Shown piece after piece: positions 1 to 11,569 of a stretch of 64,000 nt of DNA. The notes beneath the pieces are model-generated. The model made no database searches, was not told the DNA's origin, and saw only the letters and a program-made list of their open reading frames with translations. Location: contig NC_042997.1 in the NCBI RefSeq assembly GCF_006345805.1, forward strand, positions 193,998,001-194,062,000, in the 5' to 3' direction. The position numbers and the translations under genes are program-made. The stretch comes from Octopus sinensis (Eukaryota). Numbering within the stretch: the first letter of the stretch is position 1; every line of letters begins with the position of its first letter.

Positions 1-21
1 ACTACCACCACCACCACCACC

Positions 22-65
<44 letters not shown>
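1..65. repeat. (ACC)n/(ACT)n trinucleotide microsatellite
   Basis: Directly visible perfect repeats. Confidence 0.95.
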
Positions 66-378
66 ATCAATAATAACAACTTTGATTAGGATGTCAACAG
101 TATAACCTTGAGTAGCGAATTTCCTTTTAAGGCGTGAAGAGTAGCCGTTCTATGATGTCAAACTTCCAGCGGAACTGACACTTCTTGCAACAAGCTGAAT
201 GGTCCGTATTCGCTTCTCAATGAATAGGAAAAAAGGAAAAAAAAAACACAGGATATCAATCCAGCATGGAATGTACATAATTGTAATATGTGTAACAATA
301 ACAAGTGATTCTGAGTGGTGCCAGTAAACAGTATGTCGCATGAATACGTATGCTTTACACACATAATTTCATCTATAA

Positions 379-486
379 AACACACACACACACACACACA
401 CACATGTACACACACAGGCGCGTACTTACACACACAAATACATATATACATACATACATAAATACATACATACATACATACATACA

Positions 487-514
<28 letters not shown>
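379..514. repeat. (CA)n/(TACA)n microsatellite
   Basis: Directly visible; source of the YVCM/HTYI low-complexity pseudo-ORFs. Confidence 0.95.
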
Positions 515-517
<3 letters not shown>

Positions 518-723
518 TTGAGTAATTGAATGAATTATCTTATTAAGGATAATTCGAAAGATAACCGATACCTGGGCAGCAAATTCACATCAGAAAGAAC
601 ACGGTTGAAGCTACGTCCATAGGGCATAGACTACGTGTCTTCGTGCGGAAATTTGTATGTTTATTTTAAAATTATAAGTATATGAAAGAATGGAGTTGAA
701 CGACTAGTTAACAAATATCCTTT

Positions 724-808
724 ATTCTCGACATATGTTTCGAAGGCTGCATATTCCTAATTCCGAAGGAAGAAGGAGTACATTATGCAGATTTCTCATC
801 AGGAAAAT
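724..808 (-). ncRNA. Type I hammerhead ribozyme with extended helix II
   Basis: Minus strand: ATTTTC-CTGATGA-gaa.at.ctgcata...tatgcag.cc.ttc-GAAAC-atat-GTC-GAGAAT. Intact core, GUC cleavage triplet, palindromic helix III (ACATATGT). Confidence 0.8.
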
Positions 809-936
809 CAAGGAACTTATGTCGACATCAAAATGCACAAAACACTTTTAGCTGACCGCTCTCAAGGAGCCCATGGCGATAATCTTTCATATACATACAT
901 ACATACATACATACATACATACATACATACATACAT

Positions 937-971
<35 letters not shown>

Positions 972-1061
972 TCTACCGATGAGTCATGATGTAACTAGGA
1001 CACTGTATAACGAGACCCGTCTAATATAATATAATAACAATAATGATAATAATAATAATAA

Positions 1062-1960
1062 GCACACCCATTAGTGGCTACGGGGCTCAGGTTAACAGGC
1101 AAAGAGCGAAGGCTTTATCTTGGCTGCCCAAGATCAGAGCTTATTAACCCGGAACTTTGAAGCCAATGTGATGAAAAATGGTGTAGACCCAAAATGCCGA
1201 TACTGCAACGATGGGAGAGAAAAAGTCGACCACCTAATCTCTGGATGTAAGGTTTTAGTACCTGTAGAGTACAAATCAAGACATGACAGAGTTTGCCGAT
1301 ATCTATATTAGATAATGTGTCGGCATTATAAAATCAAAGATACTGACAAATGGTTCAATCACCACCCTGAGGCTGTAACTGAGGTAAAGAATGTAACTAT
1401 TCTATGGGACTTCCCACTATGTACAGACCGGACCATCAAAGCAAATAAACCAGATATTGTTGTGAAAGGCCAAAACAATAAAGTTCGTTTATTGACTGAC
1501 ATGAGCATACCCTGTGACCATAATATTTCGGCAAAAGAATTTGATAAGCTCAGAAAATATAAAGATTTGCTAATCGAAATCGAAAAGATGTGGCATCTCA
1601 AGACAGTTACAATACCAGTGATTGTAGGAGCATTTGGGATGATAAAAAAAGAAACTGAAAGTTATCTAAGAATGATCCCTGGCTTACCATCCATGCAGGA
1701 AGTGCAAAAGATTGTCTTAACTGGTAAGTCACACGTATTGAGAAGAGCATTGTCGCTGTAAATTCTCTTTCCTTTTTCTCACAGTCTTCCCCTTTTTCTT
1801 TATCACATGACTTTGTAAATAAACAATCAAGTGTGCTTGTTTTAATGGCCTACCAATGTATACAGTACGTCTCCGTACCCTAGGTGTCAAGAAGACACTC
1901 AGCAAGAAATGGAACCAGAATTGAATGAAGATGCTGATGAAAATGGTAATAATAATGATG
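1062..1960 (+). mobile_element. 5'-truncated Dong/R4-like RLE non-LTR retrotransposon in an (AAT)n tract
   Basis: Translation gives AAQDQ, the CRYC-x7-H-x4-C knuckle, RHD and KPDIVV plus the RLE C-terminus, with stops; flanked by AAT repeats. Confidence 0.85.
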
Positions 1961-1984
1961 ATAATAATAATAATAATAATAATG

Positions 1985-2039
<55 letters not shown>

Positions 2040-2042
2040 TAT

Positions 2043-2202
2043 AACATACAGAAAATTGCACTACTAGGCACTGCACACATCCTACGCAGAACGCTTTCCA
2101 TACAATAACCATCAGAGCATCACAACAAATCACAGCACATACCCAGGGCACACAGAGCTGCGCTCGGTAGTGAAGTGAAAGCACGCTATAAAAATAAAAC
2201 TA

Positions 2203-2205
<3 letters not shown>
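2043..2205 (+). mobile_element. 3' end of Dong/R4-like element (family b)
   Basis: IQKIALLGTAHILRRTLS plus a 3' UTR near-identical to those at 3074, 3640 and 32480; followed by (AAT)n. Confidence 0.85.
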
Positions 2206-2246
<41 letters not shown>

Positions 2247-2940
2247 GAGCACTATACTGGCTGCGCAAGACCAAGCTTTGACCACGAACTGGAGGATCAA
2301 CCTAAATAATATGCAAGTGTCTCCGCTGTGCCACTTCTGCAATAAAGTGGTTGAAACCATTGCTCATTTCACGAACTAATGTCCTAGACTTGCCCAAAAC
2401 CACTACAAGTTGTGGTGACACGATCAGGTAGCGAAAATGCTACATTGGAAACTGTGCGAAACGTGGGGACTATAGAGAGGCAAGACGTGGTGTGAGGATA
2501 AACCGCAGAAAGTGGAAGAGTTGGAGACTAGCAAAATCCTCTGGAATCTCCTAATCCAGACAGACCAGGTGCTAGAGTATAACATACCGGACCTAGTGGT
2601 GGTGGACAAAGTGCACCACATACGCTATATAGTTAATGTTGCATTCCTCTTTGACCCACGAATAATCAAGAAGGATGGCGAAAAAAAAAAATATTTAGAA
2701 TCCTGTTAAGTACGAAATAGCCCGGCTTTGAAAAATGAAGGAAGTGAAGGCAGTACCAAGTATTGTTAAGTCCTTGAGGACATTATCAGAAAGCACCACG
2801 GGGAATATAAAGGAAATTGGAATAGAACTATTACAGAATAGTAATATATAGAATAATAAGGAAAGTATTAGATAGCTGAAAAGAACGACTACCATGGTAC
2901 CGTGGGCTGCAGGCAACAAGCCCGCTATGAGATAAAAAGA
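2247..2940 (+). mobile_element. Decayed Dong/R4-like RLE fragment (distinct subfamily)
   Basis: ILAAQDQAL, CHFC...ETIAH, HDQVA, IPDLVVVD motifs with stops and frameshifts; AAT/AAC flanks. Confidence 0.8.
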
Positions 2941-2976
2941 ACAACAACAACAACGATAACGTTAACCTTAATAATA

Positions 2977-3021
<45 letters not shown>

Positions 3022-3023
3022 TC

Positions 3024-3073
<50 letters not shown>

Positions 3074-3075
<2 letters not shown>

Positions 3076-3198
3076 TCCTACGCAGAATACTTTCCATACA
3101 GTAACCATCAGAGCATCACAACAAATCACAGCACATACCCAAGGCACACAGAGCTGCGCTCGGTAGTGAAGTGAAAGCACGCTATAAAAATAAAACTA

Positions 3199-3201
<3 letters not shown>
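3074..3201 (+). mobile_element. 3' end of Dong/R4-like element (family b)
   Basis: Same 3' UTR as 2043-2205, between AAT tracts. Confidence 0.85.
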
Positions 3202-3238
<37 letters not shown>

Positions 3239-3265
3239 TAATAATAATAATAATAATAATAATAA

Positions 3266-3798
3266 CATTATGGAATAACAACAGAAAAAAGATGGTATAG
3301 GCACACACCAGAAAAGGTCACAGAAAACGAGAAAGCAACCATACTCTGGGATATGCCGATACACACAGATAGAGAAATTAAGGCCAACAGACCAGATATA
3401 GTTGTCAGAGATCATGAAGAAAAAAAATGCTTTCTAATTGATGTATCAATACCGGCAGATGACAACGTGTCTCTAAAAGAAATGGAGAAACTCTCAAAAT
3501 ACAAAGACCTGGAAATAGAGGTAACTAGAATGTGGAACCTGAAAACAGAAACAATTCCTATCATAGTAGGTGCATTAGGCATGATAAAAAAATATTCAGA
3601 CAAATACATAACAAAAACACCAGGACTTACAAACACATATAACATACAGAAAATTGCACTACTAGGCACTGCACACATCCTACGCAGAACACTTTCCATA
3701 CATAACCATCAGAGCATCACAACAATCACAGCACATACCCAAGGCACACAGAGCTGCGCTCGGTAGTGAAGTGAAAGCACGCTATAAAAATAAAACTA

Positions 3799-3801
<3 letters not shown>
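3266..3801 (+). mobile_element. 5'-truncated Dong/R4-like RLE element (family b)
   Basis: ORF 3353-3766 has NRPDIVV, IDVSIP, EKLSKYKDL, PIIVGALG; AAT flanks. Confidence 0.9.
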
Positions 3802-3837
<36 letters not shown>

Positions 3838-3838
<1 letters not shown>

Positions 3839-4095
3839 TGGAGGCACGTGGCTTAATGGTTAGGGTGTCAGCATCATGATCGTAAGATTGTGGTTTCGAT
3901 TCCTGGACTGGGCAACGCGTTGTGTTCTTGAGCAAAACACTTCATTTCACGTTGCTCCAGTCCACTCAGCTGGCAAAAATGAGTAACGCTGCGATGGACT
4001 GGCGTCCCGTCCAGCTGGGAACACATTCGCCATAGAAACCGGGAAACCGGGCCCATGAGCCTGGCTAGGCTTTAAAAGGGAACATTTATTTATTT
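3838..4095 (+). mobile_element. tRNA-headed SINE (family C)
   Basis: A-box TGGCTTAATGG, B-box GGTTTCGATTCC; second copy at 17403. Confidence 0.8.
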
Positions 4096-4156
4096 TAACA
4101 ACAACAACAACAACAACAACAATAATAATAATAATAATATTAATAATAATAATGAT

Positions 4157-4192
<36 letters not shown>

Positions 4193-4211
4193 TATTATTA
4201 TTATTATTATT

Positions 4212-4915
4212 ATGACATCAAAACTGACAGCAGGTGGTATAAGCATGAGCGAAACAAGGTACAAGACACCGATCAGGCAACAATCATCTGGGATATGCCG
4301 GTTCAAATAGACAAAGAAATAAAAGCTAATCGCCCAGATATAATAGTCAAAAACTGGAGAAAAACATTGTCAAAAAAGAAGTAGAAAAATTGTGGAAGTA
4401 TAAAGACCTCGAAATTGAAGTATTCAAAATGGGGGGCATGAAGGTAAAAACAATACCAATAATAACTGGAGCGTTGGGCATGATAAAATTCATATGCTAA
4501 AAAATATAGAAGCTATCTTTGGATCCTCAACAATACACACTGTCCAAAACAAAAAAAAAAACAGGCCTGTTAGAAACAACCCACATCCTACGCAAGACAC
4601 TATCAACCCAATTATACAACCTAAACAAAACAACCCACAAATATAGAACACACCCTATACAGCATCTACCCAGTGAAATAAACTCCCACCAGCAAACTAG
4701 GTAACCAAACCTTTACACAGTCAACACACAATACAAGCAGTAACACAACAAAAGACAGCTCTGCACCTCACGGAAGAAAAGCTAGTAGAGTACAGTACCA
4801 GGAAGTGTTTGCACACTCCCAACAACAGAAAAGAACAGACAATGCTGCACGCACCCAAGCAACACGGATGTGTAGCAGCCGATGCAGTAGAAATTTACCT
4901 CAATCTACCAAATAT
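4212..4915 (+). mobile_element. Decayed Dong/R4-like RLE fragment with 3' UTR
   Basis: WYKHE, IIWDMPVQIDKEIKANRPDII, HILRKTLS. Confidence 0.8.
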
Positions 4916-4961
4916 TTAACAGTTATAATGATAATATAAAGTATATTTAGTATTTTGCGTT

Positions 4962-5060
4962 TTATTCAACGTACAGGTGTTTCATAATTTCAACTAACTA
5001 CATTACACAATTCTATGTTGAAAAATCATGTTAGCTTAGCAACTTACCTCATCAGTGTTT
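4962..5060 (-). ncRNA. Decayed hammerhead-like motif
   Basis: CTGATGA, long imperfect helix II, GAAAC-acct-GTA; helix I is poor. Confidence 0.3.
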
Positions 5061-5299
5061 ACATACATATTTATTGCATATATTGTATAAATGTATTGTA
5101 CGTATGTATGTATGTATGTATGTTGTATGTATGTATGTATGTATGTATGTATGTATGTATGTATTATGTATGTATGTATGTATGTATGTATGTGTCTGTC
5201 TGTCTGTCAACTTGGGAAAGTGTCTTCCACTGTAACTCCGATCCGACCAATGCTTTGTATGCAAATTTGGTTGATTGAAAGTGTGTGTAACATACATAC

Positions 5300-5498
5300 A
5301 AAGAGAGATCGACCGGCTAATTCGTACATTACAAGTGCTATGTATGAGTGGAACAGTAAAAATATACAAGACTTTTCTAAAGTTCCAAATGTAAATTTGA
5401 CTGTGTTAACAACATCCCAAAGATAGAGCCTTGTATCTTTGTTGGAAATCGGCTCCCTCCTGAGTGAAAGATTTATGATAATTAAAACAATGAAAGAG
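5300..5498 (+). mobile_element. RLE non-LTR retrotransposon 3' end inserted in (CATA)n
   Basis: IDRLIRTLQVLCMSGTVKIYKTFLKFQM*; homologous to 52658-52960; CATA repeats on both sides. Confidence 0.7.
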
Positions 5499-5504
5499 AC
5501 ACAT

Positions 5505-5580
<76 letters not shown>

Positions 5581-5845
5581 ACACATATATAGATACACAC
5601 CTACATAGTCTGGGTTTTCTTATACTTGCAAGTCTCCTTTTTGATATTTATTCAAGAGAAATACAGCCGTCTCAGGTATCAGACTTGTAGGCATTGCTAT
5701 CAGAATACAAAGACCCTTGGCGGGATTTGAACTCAGAGCACAGTAAGTTGGGACAAACACCACTAGGCATTCTATCCAACGCTGTTATTCTTCGCCTATA
5801 TTGTTATTACAATAGGCATATTATACATACATACATACATACATA

Positions 5846-6367
5846 CAGTAAATCCTCGAAAATAGTCCACCCTTGAGTATAATACGTAGGGGATTTTTAG
5901 GAGGCTGTACCTCTGAAAAACCTAAACCTTGTGTATAATACGCACCCCTTCTCTAACAGGAGTCGTGCGTAATTAAGCCAGCAACACCTAGTCAAACAAA
6001 CACTTCCGCTCATGCGTAATACAATAATGGTGATGTTCTTAACTGTTATATGGGAATGTTAATGTGTTTGCAAATTGTTTTTGTTACATGTTATTCTGTG
6101 TTGTGAATACTTTTATTTTAATAAATGTTGCTTAATGCAAGTTATGGATGATTCTTTTAAGACTTCATTGCTTTCAGGCTTAGCTTAAGGTATTTTCATG
6201 CCCGACATCACAAAATGTGTCTGAATAAACATTGCCGGACGGCAAATAGAGACTCGGACATTGCTTAGAGAATATTTTTTATTTTTAACCTCGTATATAG
6301 TACGCACTAGGGACTTTGGCCTTTAAATTTTGGGGAAAAAATGCGAATTATACCCGAAAATTTACGG
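5846..6367. mobile_element. Tigger/pogo-like MITE
   Basis: TIRs CAGTAAATCCTCG / CGAAAATTTACGG; TA on the left flank. Confidence 0.65.
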
Positions 6368-6410
6368 CACATACATACATACATACATACATACATACAT
6401 ACATACATAC

Positions 6411-6745
6411 TTCAAAACTATTACCAAGTACAAAATAGGCCAGATAGCGTTGTTTGGAAAAAACAACAAAAGTATCGACCGTTATTGAGGTCGGCTGCTC
6501 TATTGATGTTAATAATTCTTCAAAAATCAAAACAAAGATGATAGCTTTGGACAACTGCTTCGAAACTTTCAGCTTCTATACTCAACTTCTATACCCGGAT
6601 TATACATCCACATTTATACCAATAGTGATTGTTGCTCTTGGTTTTATGAGTAAATGCCTAAGTGACAATCTAGAAAAGCTAGAGTTTTCAGAAAAATATA
6701 TTAACCAGCTTATTCGTACAGATATCCTGTCAACGTTCAACTAAA
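6411..6745 (+). mobile_element. RLE endonuclease fragment of the (CATA)n-associated family
   Basis: NRPDSVVW...VIEVGC...QLLYPDY.FIPIVIVALG; starts immediately after (CATA)n. Confidence 0.75.
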
Positions 6746-6827
6746 AGAAACTACACACTTACTACTTAAACTCTTGATTATGTAATTAATTTGTTAATCT
6801 TCGGATCGGTATTGATTCGAAGATTAT

Positions 6828-7803
6828 AAGGCGGCGAGCTGGCAGAATCGTTAGCACGCCGGGCGAAATGCGTAGCCGTATTTCGTCTGCCGTTACGTAC
6901 TGAGTTCAAATGCCACCGAGGTCGACTTTGCCTTTCATCCTTTCGGGGTCGATAAATTAAGTACCAGTTACGCTCTGGGGTCGATGTAATCGACTTAATC
7001 CGTTTTTCTGTCCCTGTTTGTCCCCTCTGTGTTTAGCCCCTTGTGGGTAGTAAAGAAATAGGTATTTCGTCTGCCTTTACGTTCCTTGTTCAAATTCCGC
7101 CGAGCTCGACTTTGCCTTTCATCCTTTCGGGGTCGATAAATCAAGTACCAGTTACGCTCTGGGGTCGATGTAATCGACTTAATCCGTTTGTCTGTCCTTG
7201 TTTGTTCCCTCTGTGTTTAGCCCCTTGTGGGTAGTAAAGAAATAGGTATTTCGTCTGCCGTTACGTTCTGAGTTCAAATTCTGCCGAGCTCGACTTTGCC
7301 TTTCATCCTTTCGGGGTCGATAAATTAAGTACCAGTTACGCTCTGGGGTCGATGTAATCGACTTAATCCGTTTGTCTGTCCTTGTTTGTCCCTTCTGTGT
7401 TTAGCCCCTTGTGGGTAGTAAAGAAATAGGTATTTCGTCTGCCGTTACGTTCTGAGTTCAAATTCTGCCGAGCTTGACTTTGCCTTTCATCCTTTCGGGG
7501 TCGATAAATTAAGTACCAGTTACGCTCTGGGGTCGATGTAATCGACTTAATCCGTTTGTCTGTCCTTGTTTGTCTCCTCTGTGTTTAGCCCCTTGTGGGT
7601 AGTAAAGAAATAGGTATTTCGTCTGCCGTTACGTTCTGAGTTCAAATTCTGCCGAGCTCGACTTTGCCTTTCATCCTTTCGGGGTCGATAAATTAAGTAC
7701 CAGTTACACCCTGGGGTCTGTATCATCGACTTAATCCGTTTGTCTGTCCTTGTTTGTTCCCTCTGTGTTTAGTCCCTTGTGGGTAGTAAAGAAATAGGTA
7801 TTT
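6828..7803 (+). mobile_element. SINE family A: one head followed by five 184-bp tandem units
   Basis: tRNA-like head; junction AAATA|GGTATTT at 7061, 7245, 7429, 7613, 7797. Confidence 0.9.
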
Positions 7804-8368
7804 ATTAGAAGAGCTTAGCATTGTCAGTTAATAAATTATTTAACAATTGCGCAACAATCTTAATTACCTCGAGCACACATCAATATTACTTTTCTACTGC
7901 AATCGGCCTATAGGGGAATCGAATCGGTGAGTGAGTCGTAAGATGTGAAAAGTGATACACGACTTTTCCAGAAACAAAATAAATCACAAATATTTCGGTA
8001 TGGACAGCTGCAAACACTAACGGTGATGCACCAGGATATTAATGCTGTCGTACGAATCAGCTATCAGAGAACGTAACACTGAAATCCATTTGATTAAATC
8101 CGTAGGAGTAAACCCAGTTCAGTATGACTTACGTCATCATGTCACAACCCACTTCCAGCATGTTGTACAAATAAGAAAAAAGAAAATACCTGTCAAGTTT
8201 CTTCCTGTTTTCAAAATGTGAGTTTTATTTTCAGCTTCTATATTTTAATATTTACCCCGATTTTAATTTACTCGTCGTTTTATATTTTAATATCTATTCC
8301 GATTTTAAATTACTTATTGTGAATGTTTCTCTTAAACATTTTATTATAAAATGAGATGGCACTTTTCA

Positions 8369-8980
8369 GAGAGTCATAGTGCCTCAATATAACACACTCA
8401 CCGGTTCAATTTCCACTCATTTATTTATTTATTTATTTATTTATTTATTCATTCCAGAAAGGTTTTTCATCGCTGCATTTGCGACCGTATCATTGGAATT
8501 TGACTCTGACTCAAAACTAAATAAATAAATAAATAAGTGAGTGGAAGTTGAACTGATGAGTGTGTTATATTAAGGCAACATGGCTCTCCCCAGACACAAC
8601 AAAATTTGTTTCAACTCACGAATTCACACAAGGAATCTTGTAAATCAGATACAAAAACGAAATATAAAAGATTGATTATTTCAATAAATAATGTTCTTGT
8701 TCTGTTGTATCTGGGGAGAGTCATTTTAGTTTTGTGTCTTATAATTTAACACACTTGCAACATTTTCTATAGTCAAGACTATTGAAAAGGTTGCAAGACG
8801 CAACGAAAATTTTAGGAAAATAAAAATAAGAAATAAGTGGAAATTTTACTGGTGAGTGTGTTAAATTATAAGGCACAAAAAGAAAATGACTCTCCCCAGA
8901 CACAACAGAATATGCTTCAACACACGAACTCACATAAAGAATCTTGCAAACCAAATCCAAAAACGAAATGCTCTTGTTGT
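8369..8980. repeat. Double foldback: two related inverted-repeat units in tandem
   Basis: Arms 8369-8445/8520-8588 and 8700-8754/8856-8910 are variants of one motif. Confidence 0.75.
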
Positions 8981-9504
8981 TTTAATGTATATTATTGGGT
9001 ACGGCTGTGTGGTTAGAAATCTCGCTTGGCACCTACATAGTTTGAAGATCAGTTCTACTTTGCGGAACCTTGAGTAAATCAAACCCACACACATTAATAT
9101 TTATACTAGATTGCAACAGAGGTCAATAGTGGTCAGTTACAGCAAGCCTGCTGAATGGTTAGCACGCGGGGCAAAACACATAGCGGCATTTTGCCCGTCT
9201 TTACGTTCTGAGTTCAAATTCTGTCGAGGTCGACGTTGCCTTTCATCCTTTCGGAGTAGGTAAAATAAGTACCATTTGAGCAATGGGACCGATGTAAGCG
9301 ATTGTATAAAAATTTGAAGTGTGTGTGTATGTATGTATGTATGTATACCAAAACCGGTAATATATTCTTTATACAATTTTTAAAAAATCATTTTTACTAA
9401 ATTCCTTAAATTGAAATATCTTAGACTTACTTCTGCGCTATTTCCACCTCCATCCTTTATATATAAAGATTTGATTTCTATAGATCTCTAATCTTTATAT
9501 ATAT

Positions 9505-9606
9505 AACGTAAAAGACTTTTTCTATTCCTGAGCGCTATACTAATACATTTGTTTGTTTGTACACCACCTGCCTTCGTCTTTTGTTTATTTTCGTAAACTT
9601 TCCCTT

Positions 9607-9608
<2 letters not shown>
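9505..9608 (+). mobile_element. Truncated copy of a TA-inserted Penelope-type terminal repeat family
   Basis: Homologous to 48120-48232; begins inside the GAAACGTA motif; TA tracts on both sides. Confidence 0.65.
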
Positions 9609-9691
<83 letters not shown>

Positions 9692-9813
9692 AATATAGGA
9701 TTACATTTTTTTCGAAAAAAATTCGACATATTGTCCATTAACCATATAATTTTTTCACAATACGCACGCTACTCGAAAAAAGTTGGACAGAAATTTCTAA
9801 AAAATTCCATTAT

Positions 9814-9871
9814 TACCATATCGGACCGATTTCAGGGTTAGCTTATAACAGCCTTCCCTTCGTCAGTGATA
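9814..9871 (-). ncRNA. Type I hammerhead ribozyme, copy 1
   Basis: TATCA-CTGACGA-agggaaggct.gttata.agctaaccct-GAAA-tcgg.t.ccga-TA|TGGTA. Confidence 0.85.
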
Positions 9872-10310
9872 CATGTGGCAAAAGAAATAAATGAGATACT
9901 TACTCATACCCATGGAAGAAGCAAATACTAAGTCATGAGCACAATTAAGTACCCCAAATACATCCAAAATAGAAATACTCTAACCCATTCGAGGCACGTG
10001 CGATTTAAACTGATGCTCTCACAGAGTGAAAGAGTCCGGAAGTGAACGCTTAAATTTATATCTAATATAGGATAAAATTTTTTTCGAAAAAATTCTTTTC
10101 CCCAAAAAATTTTATCAATGGCCAGCATATTAAAAAATACTTTTAAAGGTTTAAAATTATAAACAATTCATAAACAATGGCCAACGAAAAAATTTCTAAT
10201 GCCAAATATGCCGAAAAATTCGACATATTGTCCATTAACCATATAATTTTTTCACAATACGCACGCTACTCGAAAAAAGTTGGACAGAAATTTCTAAAAA
10301 AATCCATTAT

Positions 10311-10368
10311 TACCATATCGGACCGATTTCAGGGTTAGCTTATAACAGCCCTCCCTTCATCAGTGATA
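10311..10368 (-). ncRNA. Type I hammerhead ribozyme, copy 2
   Basis: Same fold with a CTGATGA core. Confidence 0.85.
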
Positions 10369-10501
10369 CATGTGGCAAAAGAAATAAATGAGATGAGAAG
10401 TAGCGTGCGTATTGTGAAAAAATTATATGGTTAATGGACAATATGACCAATTTTTCGGCATATTTGGCATTAGAAATTTTTTCGTTTGCCCTTATTTATG
10501 A

Positions 10502-10554
<53 letters not shown>

Positions 10555-11039
10555 GGAAACTCAGTGATTAACTGTTGTTACCACTGTTGTACAGAAACAA
10601 TTGTTTTGTTTTGTTAATTCAAATCTATTCATTCTTCTTGGTTACAAAATTTTTATATAAATTCCGTATACACTAACGGAGTTACACATGCATTTTCAGA
10701 AAAAACGAATAATTTGATGGCATACGGTAGCCGATTGCCGCATTGGAGCTTTTGAATGCACGTTATAAGGTTATTACCCAGATAATATTAAACACACAGA
10801 CACATTAATGTTTATTTTATGTTCAGTTATAATAAAAACAATTTAAAATTTTTAAATTAATCTGAAGGTTTACCCCATACTTTTGTAGAGTACAACTTTA
10901 TAATTCTTAAACAAGAATACTATTGATACTGATTTCGAGGTTTCCGTCAGTTATGTCATCATCAGATTTTGTGTGTGTGTGTGTGCGCGCGCGCATGCAT
11001 GTCTGTCTATTTATCTGAAGATAGATAAATTGATAGAGA

Positions 11040-11070
11040 GAGAGGGAGAGCGAATAGATAGACAGATAGG

Positions 11071-11123
<53 letters not shown>

Positions 11124-11152
11124 TGATAGATAGATAGATAGATAGATAGATT

Positions 11153-11230
<78 letters not shown>

Positions 11231-11316
11231 TAGATATATAGATAGATAGACAGATAGATATACAGACAAACAGACAGACAGACGGACGGGCGGATGGATG
11301 GATGGATGGATGGATG

Positions 11317-11399
<83 letters not shown>

Positions 11400-11402
11400 C
11401 TA
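11040..11402. repeat. (GATA)n/(GACA)n/(GGAT)n compound microsatellite
   Basis: Directly visible. Confidence 0.95.
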
Positions 11403-11569
11403 AGTATGTATATATGTATGTATGCATGTGTGCGTGTACATATATGGACTAGTCCCTCTGTTTCTGCGCTATCTTGGTTAGCACGGTTTCCCTTCAGCAC
11501 GGATTTCGTCGAATTTACTTCTCTGATTTGCTCCACTTTACTACAGGCTCACTTCTTCATTTCCGTTTC

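Larger units (their letters stand above)
9686..10506 (-). mobile_element. Non-coding tandem-hammerhead unit (retrozyme / Penelope pLTR-like) in (TA)n
   Basis: Direct repeats 9710-9900 and 10215-10395 each carry an HHR; inverted segment 10398-10506 vs 10163-10271; TA tracts on both sides. Confidence 0.8.

Noticed and set aside
976-1025. CCGATGA...GAGAC-cc-GTC hammerhead-like motif
   Set aside because: A14 is mutated and helix I has only 2 bp; too decayed to call
6828-7803. CRISPR-like regular array
   Set aside because: Units are whole 184-bp SINE bodies with no unique spacers, and the context is eukaryotic
10935-10970. CTGATGA...GAAAC on the minus strand
   Set aside because: No U16.1 pairing and no helix I
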